A DNA stretch of 64,000 nucleotides, taken from positions 74,710,001-74,774,000 of the forward strand of contig OX597826.1 in assembly GCA_951406725.2 (NCBI GenBank), given 5' to 3'. Positions 41,200 to 55,052 of this stretch are shown one piece after another. Position numbers and translations under genes: made by a program. Under the pieces are notes generated by a model. It made no database searches. It had not been told where the DNA came from and saw only the letters and a list, made by a program, of their open reading frames with translations. Within the stretch, counting starts at the first letter, position 1. Every line of letters starts with the position of its first letter. The stretch is from Octopus vulgaris (lineage: Eukaryota).

Positions 41200-42888
41200 A
41201 TATATTGTTGATCATATTTGATCTTCTCTGATGTTGCTAGTAAGAAGGAAGGCAGTGGATTAAGTAAGTGCTATTTCAAGCCAGTTGTTTTGAAGCCAGA
41301 TTTCTAAATGGTTCGTGTGTAAGTACAGAATCTCTGTAGTAGTGTCTTCAGATTAGTGGGACGATGTGTCTGTGAGGGCATCTACGTATGGAGGCCGTGT
41401 GTAAGTTTGAAGGGTATTGAAAGGTCATGCATCTACATATTGAACGGTTTGGGTGAGGGAACGAATTCCATTCGGAAAATATTATGTTCTAGAAGTGTTA
41501 CTTTTCTACATTAAACACATTTGGCTGACTGACAGATTTGTCGATGCCATTGTTTGTTAGAATGCTTTGTGTGGAAGATTTTGGTTATTGATGCCATCAT
41601 GCATTCTGTATATTCAGCTTGTGGTCAGTGTAGTAGTTGAATGCAATGATCGAGATCTGCATCATGATTTGGAAAAGTGATGTGTAAGTGATGTCAAGGA
41701 TTAGCCATCCTAAAAGATGTCTAAGAGTGCGTATATGACTTGAGTTTTTGTTTGATATTAGAATTATGATCTTGCTTAGCTCCCACATTCTGGGAATTTG
41801 ATACAGTCGCTGTGAGCATCTCTGGATGTTTCTTATTTCTTTATTGCCCACATTGGCTAAACATAGAAGGGACAAACAAGGACAGACAAAGGGATTAAGT
41901 CGATTACATCGACCCCAGTGTGTAACTGGGACCTAATTTATCGACCCCGAAAGGATGGAAGGTAAAGTCGACCTCGGCGGAATTTGAACTCAGAACGTAA
42001 AGACAGACGAAATACCTATTTCTTTATTACCCACAAGGGGCTAAACACAGAGGGGACAAACAAGGACAGACATAGGTATTAAGTCGATTACATCGACCCC
42101 AGTGCGTAACTGGTACTTAATTTATCGACCCCGAAAGAATGAAAGGTAAAGTCGACCTCGGCGGAATTTGAACTCAGAACGTAAAGACAGACGAAATACC
42201 GATAAGCATTTTGCCCACCGTGCTAACGTTTCTGCCAGCTCGCCGCCTTCCATCTCTGGATGTTTCAGTGTGCAGTGACGCTTTCAGGCTGTAGGTGTTT
42301 TAAGTGTATGCGTGTGGTTTTGTCAGACCCTGGGGGCTTTCGAGATTTTAGATTCGCGTTGCTTTTTGGGTGTTTGGTGGAAGAAAGGAATCAAAATCTC
42401 GAGCTTTGATGCAAAGCTCGTTATTTTCTTTCATATTTCTTTTATATTTCACGCTTCTTACTGTGTGTTTCCGTGGTTGATTTAACGTAAATGTCAGATA
42501 AAGACATCTGCATAGTGTTGTGATGTATTGAGTGTTAGGATCGGCGTTATAGTGTGACAGAGCCATTCTCACGTTGGGTGTGATGATGTGTCCTTTGTTC
42601 TTGTTACTGATCCTCTTAATTACTCCAGATGGCGTTTTGCTGTTTGTTTTGAGGCCGATACAAATGTTTAGTTTCTTGAATTTCTATTGTTTACTTATTC
42701 AAATGGCATCGTTTCAGTCATTAGATTGCGACCACGCTGGGGCACCGCCATGAGAAATTTTAGTCGAACGAATCTACTTTTTCTATCGGTCACTTTTGCC
42801 GAACCACTGAAGGTACGAGGACGTGTGCGCATCAATATTGGTTATCAAGTGGGGGTGGGGTAGAAACACACAAGCACACACACACACG

Positions 42889-42980
<92 letters not shown>

Positions 42981-43643
42981 CGACAGGCTTCTTTCAGTTT
43001 CCGTCTGCCAGATCCACTCACAATGCTTTGATCGGCCCAAGGTTGTAGTAGAAGACATTTGCCCAAAGTTCCACGCGGTGGGCCTGAACCCAGAACCATG
43101 TGGCTGACAAACAATCTCCTTACCACACAGCCGTATGTGCGTGCGCGCGCATTTACGTATGTTTATCATTTCTTTATTCGAGGCTGTGTCTCTGTTTCGA
43201 TTGCGTGTAGTATTTTATGTATTGTGTTCGGGCTGTCCCTGATTTTCTTAAGATTAACCACGTAACTAGGATCGCATTTTGTATGTTGCTTAGTAGAATG
43301 TGTATTTTTGTTTATTTGTCTATTTCTGTAAAGGCGTATAATTATTTTGTTAAATGAATATGTACAGCTATGTCTAACCTGATGACTGTGGTCTTTATTG
43401 AATTCTGACAAAAAAATAAACCCTGATTTTGTTTGTTGGTGGAACTCGTTCGATTGGGCTCTCTTGTAGTTTGTAAAAAAGGTTTTTTGCTGTCTTCATT
43501 GATGTGTAAATCCGTTGTGAGGATAATTGGTGGGTGGTCTGAGCAAAATCTGGAGCATTGTTCGCCAAGAAGTGTGGAACGGAAGGTGATGTCTTGGGAA
43601 GAGGTGTTCATAGTGAGCTGGCTTAAAGTGATATGAATGTGTG

Positions 43644-43688
<45 letters not shown>

Positions 43689-43870
43689 GGTGTAACTGTT
43701 AAAGATCTAAGGGAATTTTAATTTCGGTTCTATTGTGCTACGTTTTTGTATCATCCGTAGTCTTTTAAAATAAGTTTGTGTGAAGTGCATTCAAGGCTTC
43801 CCCAACGATGGTGTTTGAAAAAGAACTTAGTATTATAGTTGGGTGGTGTAACCAGGTAGGTCGTTCAGTG
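41200..43870 (-). mobile_element. Old degraded LINE ORF2 (AP endonuclease plus RT), interrupted by two SINEs
   Basis: Motif remnants in the expected order: SSQDITF...SDHPPII (APE), IPRMWELSKII, RSLHSTTT, SPKPFNM*MHDL, YVDALT, LEIWLQNN (RT). Confidence 0.7.
41833..42250 (-). mobile_element. SINE family A (two tandem units) with 16-bp TSD
   Basis: catctctggatgtttc at 41817-41832 and 42251-42266. Confidence 0.92.
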
Positions 43871-45011
43871 AGGTCGGTGGCTTTATATGTGTATGTGGCG
43901 GTGTTGCAGTATGAATGTGCATGGCCTAGTGGTTAGGGTGCTGTACTCACGATCACTAGATCGTGGGTTCAATTCCCGGAGCGGATAGCGTGTTATGTTC
44001 TTGAGCTTCATTTCACATTGCTCTGCGTGTGGGAGAGTGACAGAATCATTGGCGCATGAGCAGAAATGCTTTGCGGCATATCTTCCGGCTCTCTTCATTC
44101 TGAGTTCAAATCCCATCTGCCTGGAGAAGGCAACAGGAAACTACTCATGGGTCAAGTCATGGCAGCTGCAGTTCCAGTCATCTACCTATCATTCATGTAC
44201 CGAATTAATGATCTTTACATCATCTTGCTATTTTGCCAAATTTGTCCTTTTTTAAAAAAAAAAAATTCTTAGTATTAAGTCAGAAAGTATATTTTGGTGA
44301 GTGAAATTTCGTATTTTTCTTTAAATATATTACCTGCAGGTCTGTGACGTTGACAAAAGGGCTGATAACGACCCTTCTCGTTTTCGTTGTTGTTATTGTT
44401 GTTCTCATTTTTTACCGTTTTTGTAATGTGTTTTCCTATTTGTAAATAGCTTTCTTTGATTAAATTTTTCTTGGTATTTTATAAAATATCTATCCTGTAA
44501 GGAGTTTGTAGTCCGTTCTGTGCACATTCGTGGGAACGTTATTCTCTGTGTTCGTACATATCGGGAAAAATTATTCCGTGACGAAGTTATATCGCTACCC
44601 CGACATTTAAACAGTGACCGTCTTGTCTTCTTCATTGACGCATTACATTCACTTGAAATTATTGACTATTAGTCCTGTGTAGTTCCTCAACCTAGAGTCA
44701 GGAGGAATGAGAGTCAACCTATAAACCATTGCCTTCGAAAGGCAGAATTCCTCCAGTGGACAGATTTGTTTATTTCGGCAGTTGCAGGTGGAAGTCTAGA
44801 ATAGAGGCTGCGTTGGTATATGCATTATTTTCATTGTAGCGCATGATACAGGAGCGATGCTGACTAGACAATAGAAACTAACCATAACAATATGTACATT
44901 GAAGAGCATGTTGTATCTATGTGTTTAGAAATGGAATCTAATGAGAGATAAAAAAAAGCCGTTTATCTTCTCAAGAATGTGTGTGTGTCTGTGTATGATA
45001 GAGGGAGAGAG

Positions 45012-45058
<47 letters not shown>

Positions 45059-45644
45059 ATGTTCATGCCAACATGGAATGATAACAGGTGCATTCGGACA
45101 GAAATACTTTGTGATATCAATGTTTGATTGAGTTATCTCCTATTACTCGAATGTTCCCTTTCCATGCTATATCTTAACGAGAACGATGAAATAAAAGCCG
45201 GATACATTACTAAAGTAGATATAATAATTGACTAAGCTCCTGAAAGAGATACCCAACATGTCCGTAGTCAATGATTAAAACCGTTAAAAGAAGAATAGAA
45301 GAAAAAAAAAGATCTATTCAAACAAGCTGAACTGTAGCAAAGCAACAGCAACGCAGTTTTATTGTGAACTTTGCCCTTTCGTAGATACCGAGCTGGAGGG
45401 ACATCAGGTTTAATTTTTATTACCCTAGGGGAGAATGGGGCAATGATCATGACCTTTGCTGGACACACTCCTAGTCTACTGATATTAATGGCGTTGATAT
45501 TCAGCTTGAAAATTCATAGATTAATATTGGTAGGAAAAACAAGAGGAATTCCAGAGGGTTGCAAAGTCCAACGTAAAATTTGGAACTTTCTAACAAAAAA
45601 TAAAACAAAAAGTAGTCGTAAAAACTGTGATATTTAGAAATCAT

Positions 45645-45650
45645 TTTATT
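45645..45650 (-). promoter_or_regulatory. Candidate polyadenylation signal of beta-tubulin
   Basis: AATAAA on the minus strand about 70 nt after the stop; a second one at 45358-45363. Confidence 0.45.
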
Positions 45651-45721
45651 GAATATAAACATCAGTTTGTTCTTTTGAACTTCAACTTTATCTTTATGTA
45701 GAAGATGGTTCTTGTTTCTTC

Positions 45722-45778
45722 TTAAGTTTCTTCTGCTTCCTCCTCTTCAAACTCGCCTTCTTCCTCGGCTGTTGCATC
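45722..45778 (-). CDS. TUBB: Beta-tubulin last exon, acidic C-terminal tail
   Basis: gtccag acceptor. Reads DATAEEEGEFEEEEAEET*, containing the EGEFxxx motif; TAA at 45724-45722. Confidence 0.97.
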   Translation of the reverse strand, partial: DATAEEEGEFEEEEAEET

Positions 45779-46060
45779 CTGGACAAAAAGATTAAGAATT
45801 ATCTACTTTGGCGAAGTTTGGTTTTATTATATACTAAAAAAAGAAGGTCAACTTCGCTTTTTATCAATTCTTTTTCAATAGAATAAAGTACCGGTCATGT
45901 ACTGCGGTCGATGGTATTGACGTTCCCTCAAAATTACTGGCCTTGATTCTAAATCAGAAACCATTATATAAAAATAGACTTGATTACGGAATCCATGATA
46001 TTATGAAGGAAGAATGGGTGTTAGTAAAACAGAAGAGGTGTAAGTAAACCGGAAAATACT

Positions 46061-46388
46061 AACAATTGCGGCGTGGAAGGTGTTTCTAAGCCAGTTAAGA
46101 AACACACAAAAACCGTTAGATTCACTTCAACATTTAAATTTATTTTGTCAAAATATTTTCGTCGCTTTGAGACCGCGACCTGTTCATTGCAGCACGAAGT
46201 TTTGTCAGTGAACAGTTCGCGGTCTCAAAGCGACGAAAATATTTTGACAAAATAAATTTAAATGTTGAAGTGAATCTAACGGTTTTTGTGTGTTTCTTAA
46301 CTGGCTTAGAAACACCTTCCACGCTGCAATTGTTTTCGTTCCAGCACACGATCTCAGATCAAGTCACTCGCTATGCAAGTACATCTCC
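46061..46388. mobile_element. Palindromic Penelope-like pLTR insertion in the last beta-tubulin intron
   Basis: Inverted arms 46061-46186 and 46209-46334 (2 mismatches). Direct repeat ccggaaaatactaa at 46049-46062 and 46387-46400. Carries a hammerhead motif. Confidence 0.8.
46200..46252 (+). ncRNA. Minimal type I hammerhead ribozyme, G3:C8 core variant
   Basis: TTTTGTCA-GTGAACA-G-TTCGC-loop-GCGAC-GAAA-ATAT-TT-TGACAAAA. Stem I is 8 bp, stem III is palindromic, and the opposite palindrome arm has perfect stem II GTCGC/GCGAC. Confidence 0.65.
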
Positions 46389-46660
46389 GGAAAATACTAA
46401 GTAAACCAGAAAAGATGTTAACAAAAATATGTGTGGAGAAAACAGATGTTGAAAGAGAAAAGGTGTTAACGAAACGGAATAAAAGTGAACAAAAGAGAAA
46501 GGATGTTAACGGAAGATTATGATAAATATATTAGTCTCAACTAAAAACAAATACAATTCTTTATCCAGCCTATATTGTTGTACAATAACTAAAGTAAAAC
46601 AAGAAACACTCAATTAAAGAAAATGGATCTCACCAAAACAAAAATTATTAGAGTGTAGAA

Positions 46661-46957
46661 CAGTTCTTCTCAACCTTTTTTTTTTTTACTTATGGACCCC
46701 TTCCTTTCTTATTTTATTTGGATGGAAACCCTGCCTCATTGCCATTCAATGTTTCAAAAGAAGTAATATATTTTTTATAATTAAATATTAGGAATCTTAA
46801 AAATTACTAAGAAAATGTGGAAATATTTTGTGCTTTGCAGTCGTATAACCAATTTATTGCAGATAAATTTTAACAATAAAATCTTATTTAGACCTCCAAG
46901 GGTTATATGATTCCCCAAGGGTTATATGGTTACATGTACCCTGGTTGAGAAGCATTG
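46661..46957. mobile_element. hAT-type MITE with 8-bp TSD
   Basis: TIRs cagttcttctcaacc / ggttgagaagcattg; flanks gtgtagaa / gtatagaa. Confidence 0.75.
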
Positions 46958-47055
46958 GTATAGAATAAAAAGTAGTTGTCTCAAGCAATTTTGGCTCTTA
47001 GTAAGAATATTACTGCAAAACCGACGACCTCAACCGCCTTCGTAGACCCCCATCA

Positions 47056-47277
<222 letters not shown>

Positions 47278-47565
47278 CTAGAAAATAATTGTAGTTTCAC
47301 ATTGCTTACTGATCACAGACCCTGTATCCTTGTCACCCAGCATCTTTACTGGGAATGTACTTAAAAGAATATATTTTCAAAAGAACGAGGTCAAAATGTT
47401 TATTTTGTCGCGCTCGGAAAACGAAATTGCTTGAAATATGTGGAAACTTCTCGAAGATTATACAACGATTTGTCTTGTAATAAAGAATTTAGAAGCAGGA
47501 ATTTCACAACCTCGAGGGAAGCACGGAGATTTAGCTATTCATGTATTCAAAAATATTCAGACATT

Positions 47566-47607
<42 letters not shown>

Positions 47608-48297
47608 AACTGCGACCTGGTCTATTGACATGATGCAACATAATCTTGTCAGTGAAGGTAACAGTGTTTATGTCTTTGAATGGCTAATGGGGGCTTTCCA
47701 CGCTCCGATCGGAAGATAATTAAATTGTGAGCGTGATTAAGTTGAATGATATCAGATATTATTTTTAAAATATTAAACATTAAAAGCAATACGGACGTTG
47801 TGATGAAGATAGAAGGCAGCATCATGAAGATGATGATACGCCTATACGTAAGTATTCGCGAAAAAATGCCAGCGAATTTAGACAACAAAACAATTAATCA
47901 GTTAGATTGAAGAGAGCAGGTCCGTAGATTTTTTGGCTGAGGATAATCGGGTGAAGATAACGAGATAACGCAGTTAATGTTCAGTTTGAGAGGGGCTTTT
48001 ACATACGTGTAATTATAGATAGATTAATTGTCCCTGGCAACATTTTTAGATTACACTTCACATTTTTTTTTTTTAAGAAGCTAACAAGACGGTGAGTAAT
48101 ATTTATGAAGAGAATCGGATAAAGTTGAGAAAGCAGCCAAGAGACAGCGTGAACGATGATAATGTTCATATCACAAATTCCAATAGATCTTGTCTTTGAA
48201 CTCTTGAACTTTCAAGTTTGGTTATAAACAGTGCCAGAGTATTTAGACTAACTTTCTTGTACACCACACTGAGATTCATATCGTGTTATATATATAC

Positions 48298-48402
<105 letters not shown>

Positions 48403-48462
48403 TATATGTGTGTGTATGTATGTATGTATATGTATGTATGCATGTATATATATGTTATTATG

Positions 48463-48510
<48 letters not shown>

Positions 48511-48664
48511 TATATATATATACACCATTATTACTATCATGACTATCATCATCATCATCATCATCACACTACTACTGCTGCTACTACTACTACTACTACT
48601 AGAAATGGAAAGGGACAGAGATAAGAATAGTTCACTACTCCTGCTGCCGCTGCTGCTACTACTT

Positions 48665-48705
<41 letters not shown>

Positions 48706-49245
48706 GCTGCTACTATTACTTCCACCTAGTAGTAGTAGTAGTAGTAGTCTACCACTACTACTACTACCACTTCTAACACGACTACTTTAAATTTTATGAA
48801 TACCACCACTTCAACTACGACTACCCTCATCACCACCACTACCACTACCACCACCACCACCACCACTACCACCACCACCACCACCACCACCTGTACTACA
48901 AGTAAACAGTATGGTGTATTTCTGTAGCGTTGTACAACCGCGTAGTACCTCAGAGTAATGTTATACGAAAGGAAATGACAGTACATCTGTCTTTAGTGTA
49001 CGACATTAGCGAGGTATGGTATAAATGTATAAACGCTACACATTAGTGTCTTACATTACTGTAATGTTGTACAAATGTATGGTACAGTGCAGCAATGTAG
49101 TCCATAGATGTGGTGTAGTATAAAGGTTTAATGCAGGACTATTGTGTAGTCAAACGAACACAGTCGAAGGTTCTTCCCGAGCCAGAGGCTAATAAGGATG
49201 GATACCCTAATTCCGTAGCGTATATATTCCTCCCCTGAGCGGGAC

Positions 49246-49643
49246 CAGGGCCAGATTAAGACCCATAGAAGCCCTGAGTGCCTTAAAAGATTTTGGTGCC
49301 CCCATAGATATGTAATTCAAAATATAAACAATAATGAACCATAAGATTATTTTTTTAGTTTTCAAAATGTAACAAAACTAAGATGGCGAATAATGTTTAT
49401 TTTTGTAGACTTCCACTTCATTATATCTGAAAAGCTTTCTCAGATCCTCACTATGAGGCCAACAACACTTTGAAATCCTATTTCCGATCGTATAAACTAC
49501 TTCGAACATTATTTTAGAAAGCTTAAAGGGATTTCTTGATTTATTTTGTGCCGTAAACCATTTATCATTTCGGTGGGGTCCTCCCCGTTTCCCTTGATGC
49601 TCTAAGTACCGTGCTTATTTTCTTTAAGGGTTAATCCAGCAAT
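49246..49643. mobile_element. hAT-like MITE inserted in a SINE; a second MITE at about 49895-50177
   Basis: Degenerate TIRs cagggccagattaa / ttaatccagcaatg. The SINE sequence resumes on both sides. Confidence 0.5.
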
Positions 49644-50589
49644 GGATGGGACTCCGGTCTGTCGCAGGATTACTGATTTTTGCCAGCTGAGTGGACTGGA
49701 GCAACGTGAAATGAAGTGTTTTGTTCAAGAACACAAATGCATCGCCCGGTCCAGGAATCGAAACAACGCTCTTACAACCATGCCCTCAACGCTCTAACCA
49801 CTAAGCCACGCGCCGCCACTCCGCGGTGTAGTACGTAGGCATAATATAAGTGTGTAGTGCGGTACAATAGTGGAATACATTAGTACAGAATCGCTAGTGC
49901 CGCCTTTAAGACATGGATACACCACGTAGTTGCTCCATACACTTGGGTGGTTGCCCGGGGGCCTCATGAGTCTAGCGGACCAATTCTGTCAATAAATACT
50001 TTAGGGCTTGCTATCAATAAATACTTTAGGGCCCGTTGCTTTGATTTGTTCTGGGGCGCTACAGATTTAGGGTCCCTCTTCTGATCTATGTTGCGGCTTG
50101 CTGTCAATAAATAAATACTTTAGAGCCCAATGCATTGATTTGCCCGCGGGTCAGTAAGGTCGCTAAGGCGGCCCCGGGGATAGAATAAATATAAAGCAGA
50201 CAATAGTATGCTATATTAGTCTAATACATTAATGTGGTATTTCGTCTGTCTTTACGGTCTGAGTTCAAACTCCGCTGAGGTCGACTTTGCCTTTCATCCT
50301 TTCGAGGTCGATAAATTAAGTACCAGTTACGTACTGGGGTCGATTTAATCGACTGGCCCCCCTCCCCAAAAATTTCAGGTTTTGTGCCTGGAGTAGAAAA
50401 GAATACATTAATGGAGCATGCTGAGTAGTATGCAGCAATAAACCATACAATCGCCAATGTATCAAACATCACCAACACCACCACTGCCGCTATTACAGCC
50501 ACTGCAACCACCACTGTCGCCACTTGCGCTGTCAGTACTACAGGAGCTTTACCCTTTGACCGACAGATTTTTAAAATAATTTTTTGTAA

Positions 50590-50985
50590 CTAAACACTTT
50601 CAAACTTCCAGTGCCGGTGGCATGTAAGAGAACCATCCGCTCGTGACCGTTGCCAGCGCCGCCCCGACTGGCCTCGTGCCGGTGACACGTAAAAAGCACC
50701 ATCCGCTCGTGTCCGTTGCCAGCCTCGCCTGGCCCCCGTGCCGGTGGCACATAAAAAGCACCATCCGTTTGTGGCCGTTCGCCAGCTCTGTCTGGCACCT
50801 GTGCGGGTGGCACGTAAAAAGCACCCACTACACTCACGGAGTGGTTGGCGTTAGGAAGGGCATCCAGCCGTAGAAACACTGCCCGATCTGATTAGGCCTG
50901 ATGAAGCCTTCCGGCTTCACAGACCCCAGTTGAACCGTCCAACCCATGCTAGCATGGAAAACGGACGCTAAACGATGATGATGAT
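50590..50985 (+). mobile_element. SINE with internal ~60-70-bp tandem repeats and (GAT)n tail
   Basis: gtgccggtggcacgtaaaaagcacc-like motif repeated four times, then ggttggcgttaggaagggcatccagcc. Confidence 0.75.
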
Positions 50986-51407
50986 GTATACTTGTAGAAT
51001 GTGTCACATAAAACATCTTTTACTCTTGGCGTTGTTGGGAAAATTCTGTATTTTGGAAGTTATTTCTTGTTAAAGTTGTCGTATTTCGGTAATTTCAACC
51101 AATCAATGACGTGTATTCAGCGGAATAAAATTACTGCCGTTGTTTGTCAGCAACAACTATCGGTTACTATTGCGATCACGAATACCAGTGCCACTACCAA
51201 CACCACCAAAAACACTACCACCATAGCTACAACGAATATCATTACTACTACTACAAATACTACTGCTACTGCTACTACTACTACAACTACTACAAATACT
51301 ACTACTACTGCAACTACTTCAATAACTGCTACTACTACTACTATTACTACAACTACTACCGCTACTACTGCTACTACTACTACTACTACTACTACAACAA
51401 TAACTGT

Positions 51408-51452
<45 letters not shown>

Positions 51453-51453
51453 A

Positions 51454-51506
<53 letters not shown>

Positions 51507-53173
51507 AACCACTACTACTATAACCGCCACCATCAACCTCGGCGCTATCACCACTATGAACACTACCGCCTTCACCACTACTGCCATTATTGTCACCAAC
51601 TACGGAGCCACTACCACCAATACCAGCTGAACAACAACCACTACTATCACCACCACTGAAGCCATTATCAACAGTACCGTCACTCACACCACCACCTTAA
51701 CACCACCACCCTCACACCACCCTCACATGACCACCCTCACACCACCACTATCATCATTGTCACCTCATCCACCACCACCACCACCACCACCACCACCACC
51801 ACTGCCGCCGCCCCAGCCATTTTACTTACTGGTCCTACCATCATTACAATGATGTTCGCCAATCTGTCAACATGGTTGGGGGTTTTCTGTGTGACCGTGA
51901 TAACTAAAACCTCGTCAGTCAGCCTCCTGCAAGTATTAAGTACTCTATCATCAGAGAATCCAGTCCCTACCCCGACAGGGACATCCCACACCCACCCCGG
52001 GGGCACAAGATGTATTCTCTACTATCATCACTTAATACAGTGATCAATCAATCTTGTCGTGGAATAGATTGGCCATGATGACCGCGTTTAAACAGAAAGC
52101 GAAAGAGGTGGAGAGAAAGAATGTGCGCGTGTGTGTTTGTGAGTGTATGTGTGTGTGTGAGAGAGAGAGAAAGAAAGAGAGAGAGGCAAGTGGCGGGAAG
52201 ACCTGAGGGTAAGTCAGAGATGGAATAAATGAGGAAGAAAGAGGAGAGAGTAATTAAGAATCAGAAGAAAGAGAAAGAAAGGGAAGTGGCGAAAGAATGA
52301 GGCATTTTTTTGAGCCTGAAATTCCTGTGGAAACCCTAGATTGCTGGGGTTCGTTAACTAATAATGGAAAAGAGACATTTCAAGAGTAAAAAGCAACAGC
52401 CCCCAAAATACCCTTCGAATTTGTTATGACCGTATGCTGACATTTTCTGACGATGATTGATTAATTACTTATATACAAACACCCTCCCTACTTTCAAATG
52501 TTTGTCCTCTGCCACCCGTCCTCTGCTACCCGTCTAAATAGCTTTGATAGTGTTTAGGAAGATGTACCAAGGGTCAAACAGCTTTGGAGTTGACCTTCTT
52601 CGCTGGAATTTGTTGGAGGAAAGGGTGGGGGAAATATCTTTGTTTTGCAATGGGTAAAACAAAATTAACATCTGAGGGTTCGGTTACTGTTCGTTTAGTA
52701 CTGAAGCTAAAAATAAAATGGAGGGTAGCTGAATATACATGCCTTTCTGTCCTAGACAACCGAATTACCAAGGGTAGATGAAAATAAATAGGCTTTTTCC
52801 GCTATTCTAAACACCAGAATAACTAAGAATAGGTTGAAAGCAAATGCAGTGCGTAATTGGTACTTATTTTATCGACCCCGAAAGGATGAAAGGCAAAGTC
52901 GACCTCGGTGGAATTTGAACTCAGAACGTAAAGACAGACGAAATGCTCCTAAGCATTTTGCCCGGCGCGTTAACGATTCTGCCAGCTCGCCGCCTTTATC
53001 CAATAAAATCTATTAAAACTTAAATAGCAATAATAACGTTTTTGCGTGTCATACTGTGGTGAAGGCGCATGGCTCAGTGGTTAGAGCGTCGGGTTCGCAG
53101 TCATAAGGTAGTGATTTCGATTTCATGACCGGGTTTTGTGTTATGTTTTTTGGAGCGGAAAACTCTATTTCAT

Positions 53174-53484
53174 ACAGTTAAGAGATGAGGAATTATGTAC
53201 ATTATTTACATTTGACGGATATTTGTCCTCATCATGCATATGACGTAGTGGTTAAGAGCACGGGCTACTAACCCCAAAATTCCGAGTTCGATTCCAGGTA
53301 GTGACCTAAATTATAATAATAATAATAATAACATCGAAAAATACCTTAGGAATGAGAAACCAGGTTCGAATTTTCCCCAAGACACCTGATGGAGGCTGGA
53401 GGGTATATCAGCCGAAACGTTGTGTTGACAACAAACAAGATGAGGGCAAATATCCGTCAAATGTAAATAATGTCAATAATGTAC
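53174..53484 (+). mobile_element. Composite element: inverted terminal segment, tRNA-like head, (AAT)n and hammerhead; nested in a SINE (53059-53722)
   Basis: 53199-53233 is the reverse complement of 53439-53473 (34/35). A box at 53241, B box at 53285. Confidence 0.75.
53381..53426 (+). ncRNA. Minimal type I hammerhead ribozyme (position-9 variant)
   Basis: GACAC-CTGATGG-A-GGCTG-loop-CAGCC-GAAA-C-GTT-GTGTT, with palindromic AACGTT in stem III. Confidence 0.7.
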
Positions 53485-54006
53485 TTTATCTCATGTTGCT
53501 CCAGTTCATACAGCTGTAGAAATGAGTTCCGACATCACTAATGCCAAGCTGTTTCAGCCTTTACCTTTCCCATGGGCAACATCGGTAGCGTGGACAGGAG
53601 AGGCTGGTATGCATGGGCGACTGCTGGTCTTCCGTAAACAACCTTGCCCGGATTGCACCTCGGAGGGGAACTTTCTAAGTGCAATACCATGGTCATTTTG
53701 ACCGAAGGGGTCTTTAGCCTTTATATCATACTTAATGCAGATACACCGTAGAAAGCCTAGAAACTGCTTTATTCGTCTCGGAAAAGTATCATGTATAGAC
53801 GTATAGTGTTAAAAAAATCACAGAAATACATCGAAAAGTGTCAAAATATAAATAAGTACTGGGCCGATTTATTTATCGACACCCTTTCAAGGCGGTGCTT
53901 CTCCGTGGCCGCCGTCCAATGACTGCAAGCAAGAAAAAGGTAAAAGGTGTATATGAACAGGTACCTGCTAACTCAATAACTGAAAAGACAATGTCAAGTC
54001 GTTTCA

Positions 54007-54838
<832 letters not shown>

Positions 54839-55052
54839 CTGAATTATTTATTTATTTGCTTTATTTTCCTAAAAAATTTTCCTAAAATTTTTTACAAAAA
54901 ATATACCGGTATTTTAAAAAAATTTCATTCAATAAATAATGTTTTTACGTTATGTATAGATGAATAGAATACAGCGTCACTTTTCTAAATAGCGAATTAA
55001 ATGAAAACATCAGAAGAAAAAGTGAGACTTAGCAAATACAAATGGAATACTT

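Noticed and set aside
50898-50925. Hammerhead at CTGATGA-AGCC-TTCC-GGCT
   Set aside because: No GAAA after stem II and no stem I/III.
51001-51687. Thr-rich mucin-like ORF
   Set aside because: (ACT)n microsatellite antisense within a tubulin intron; no splice or domain support.
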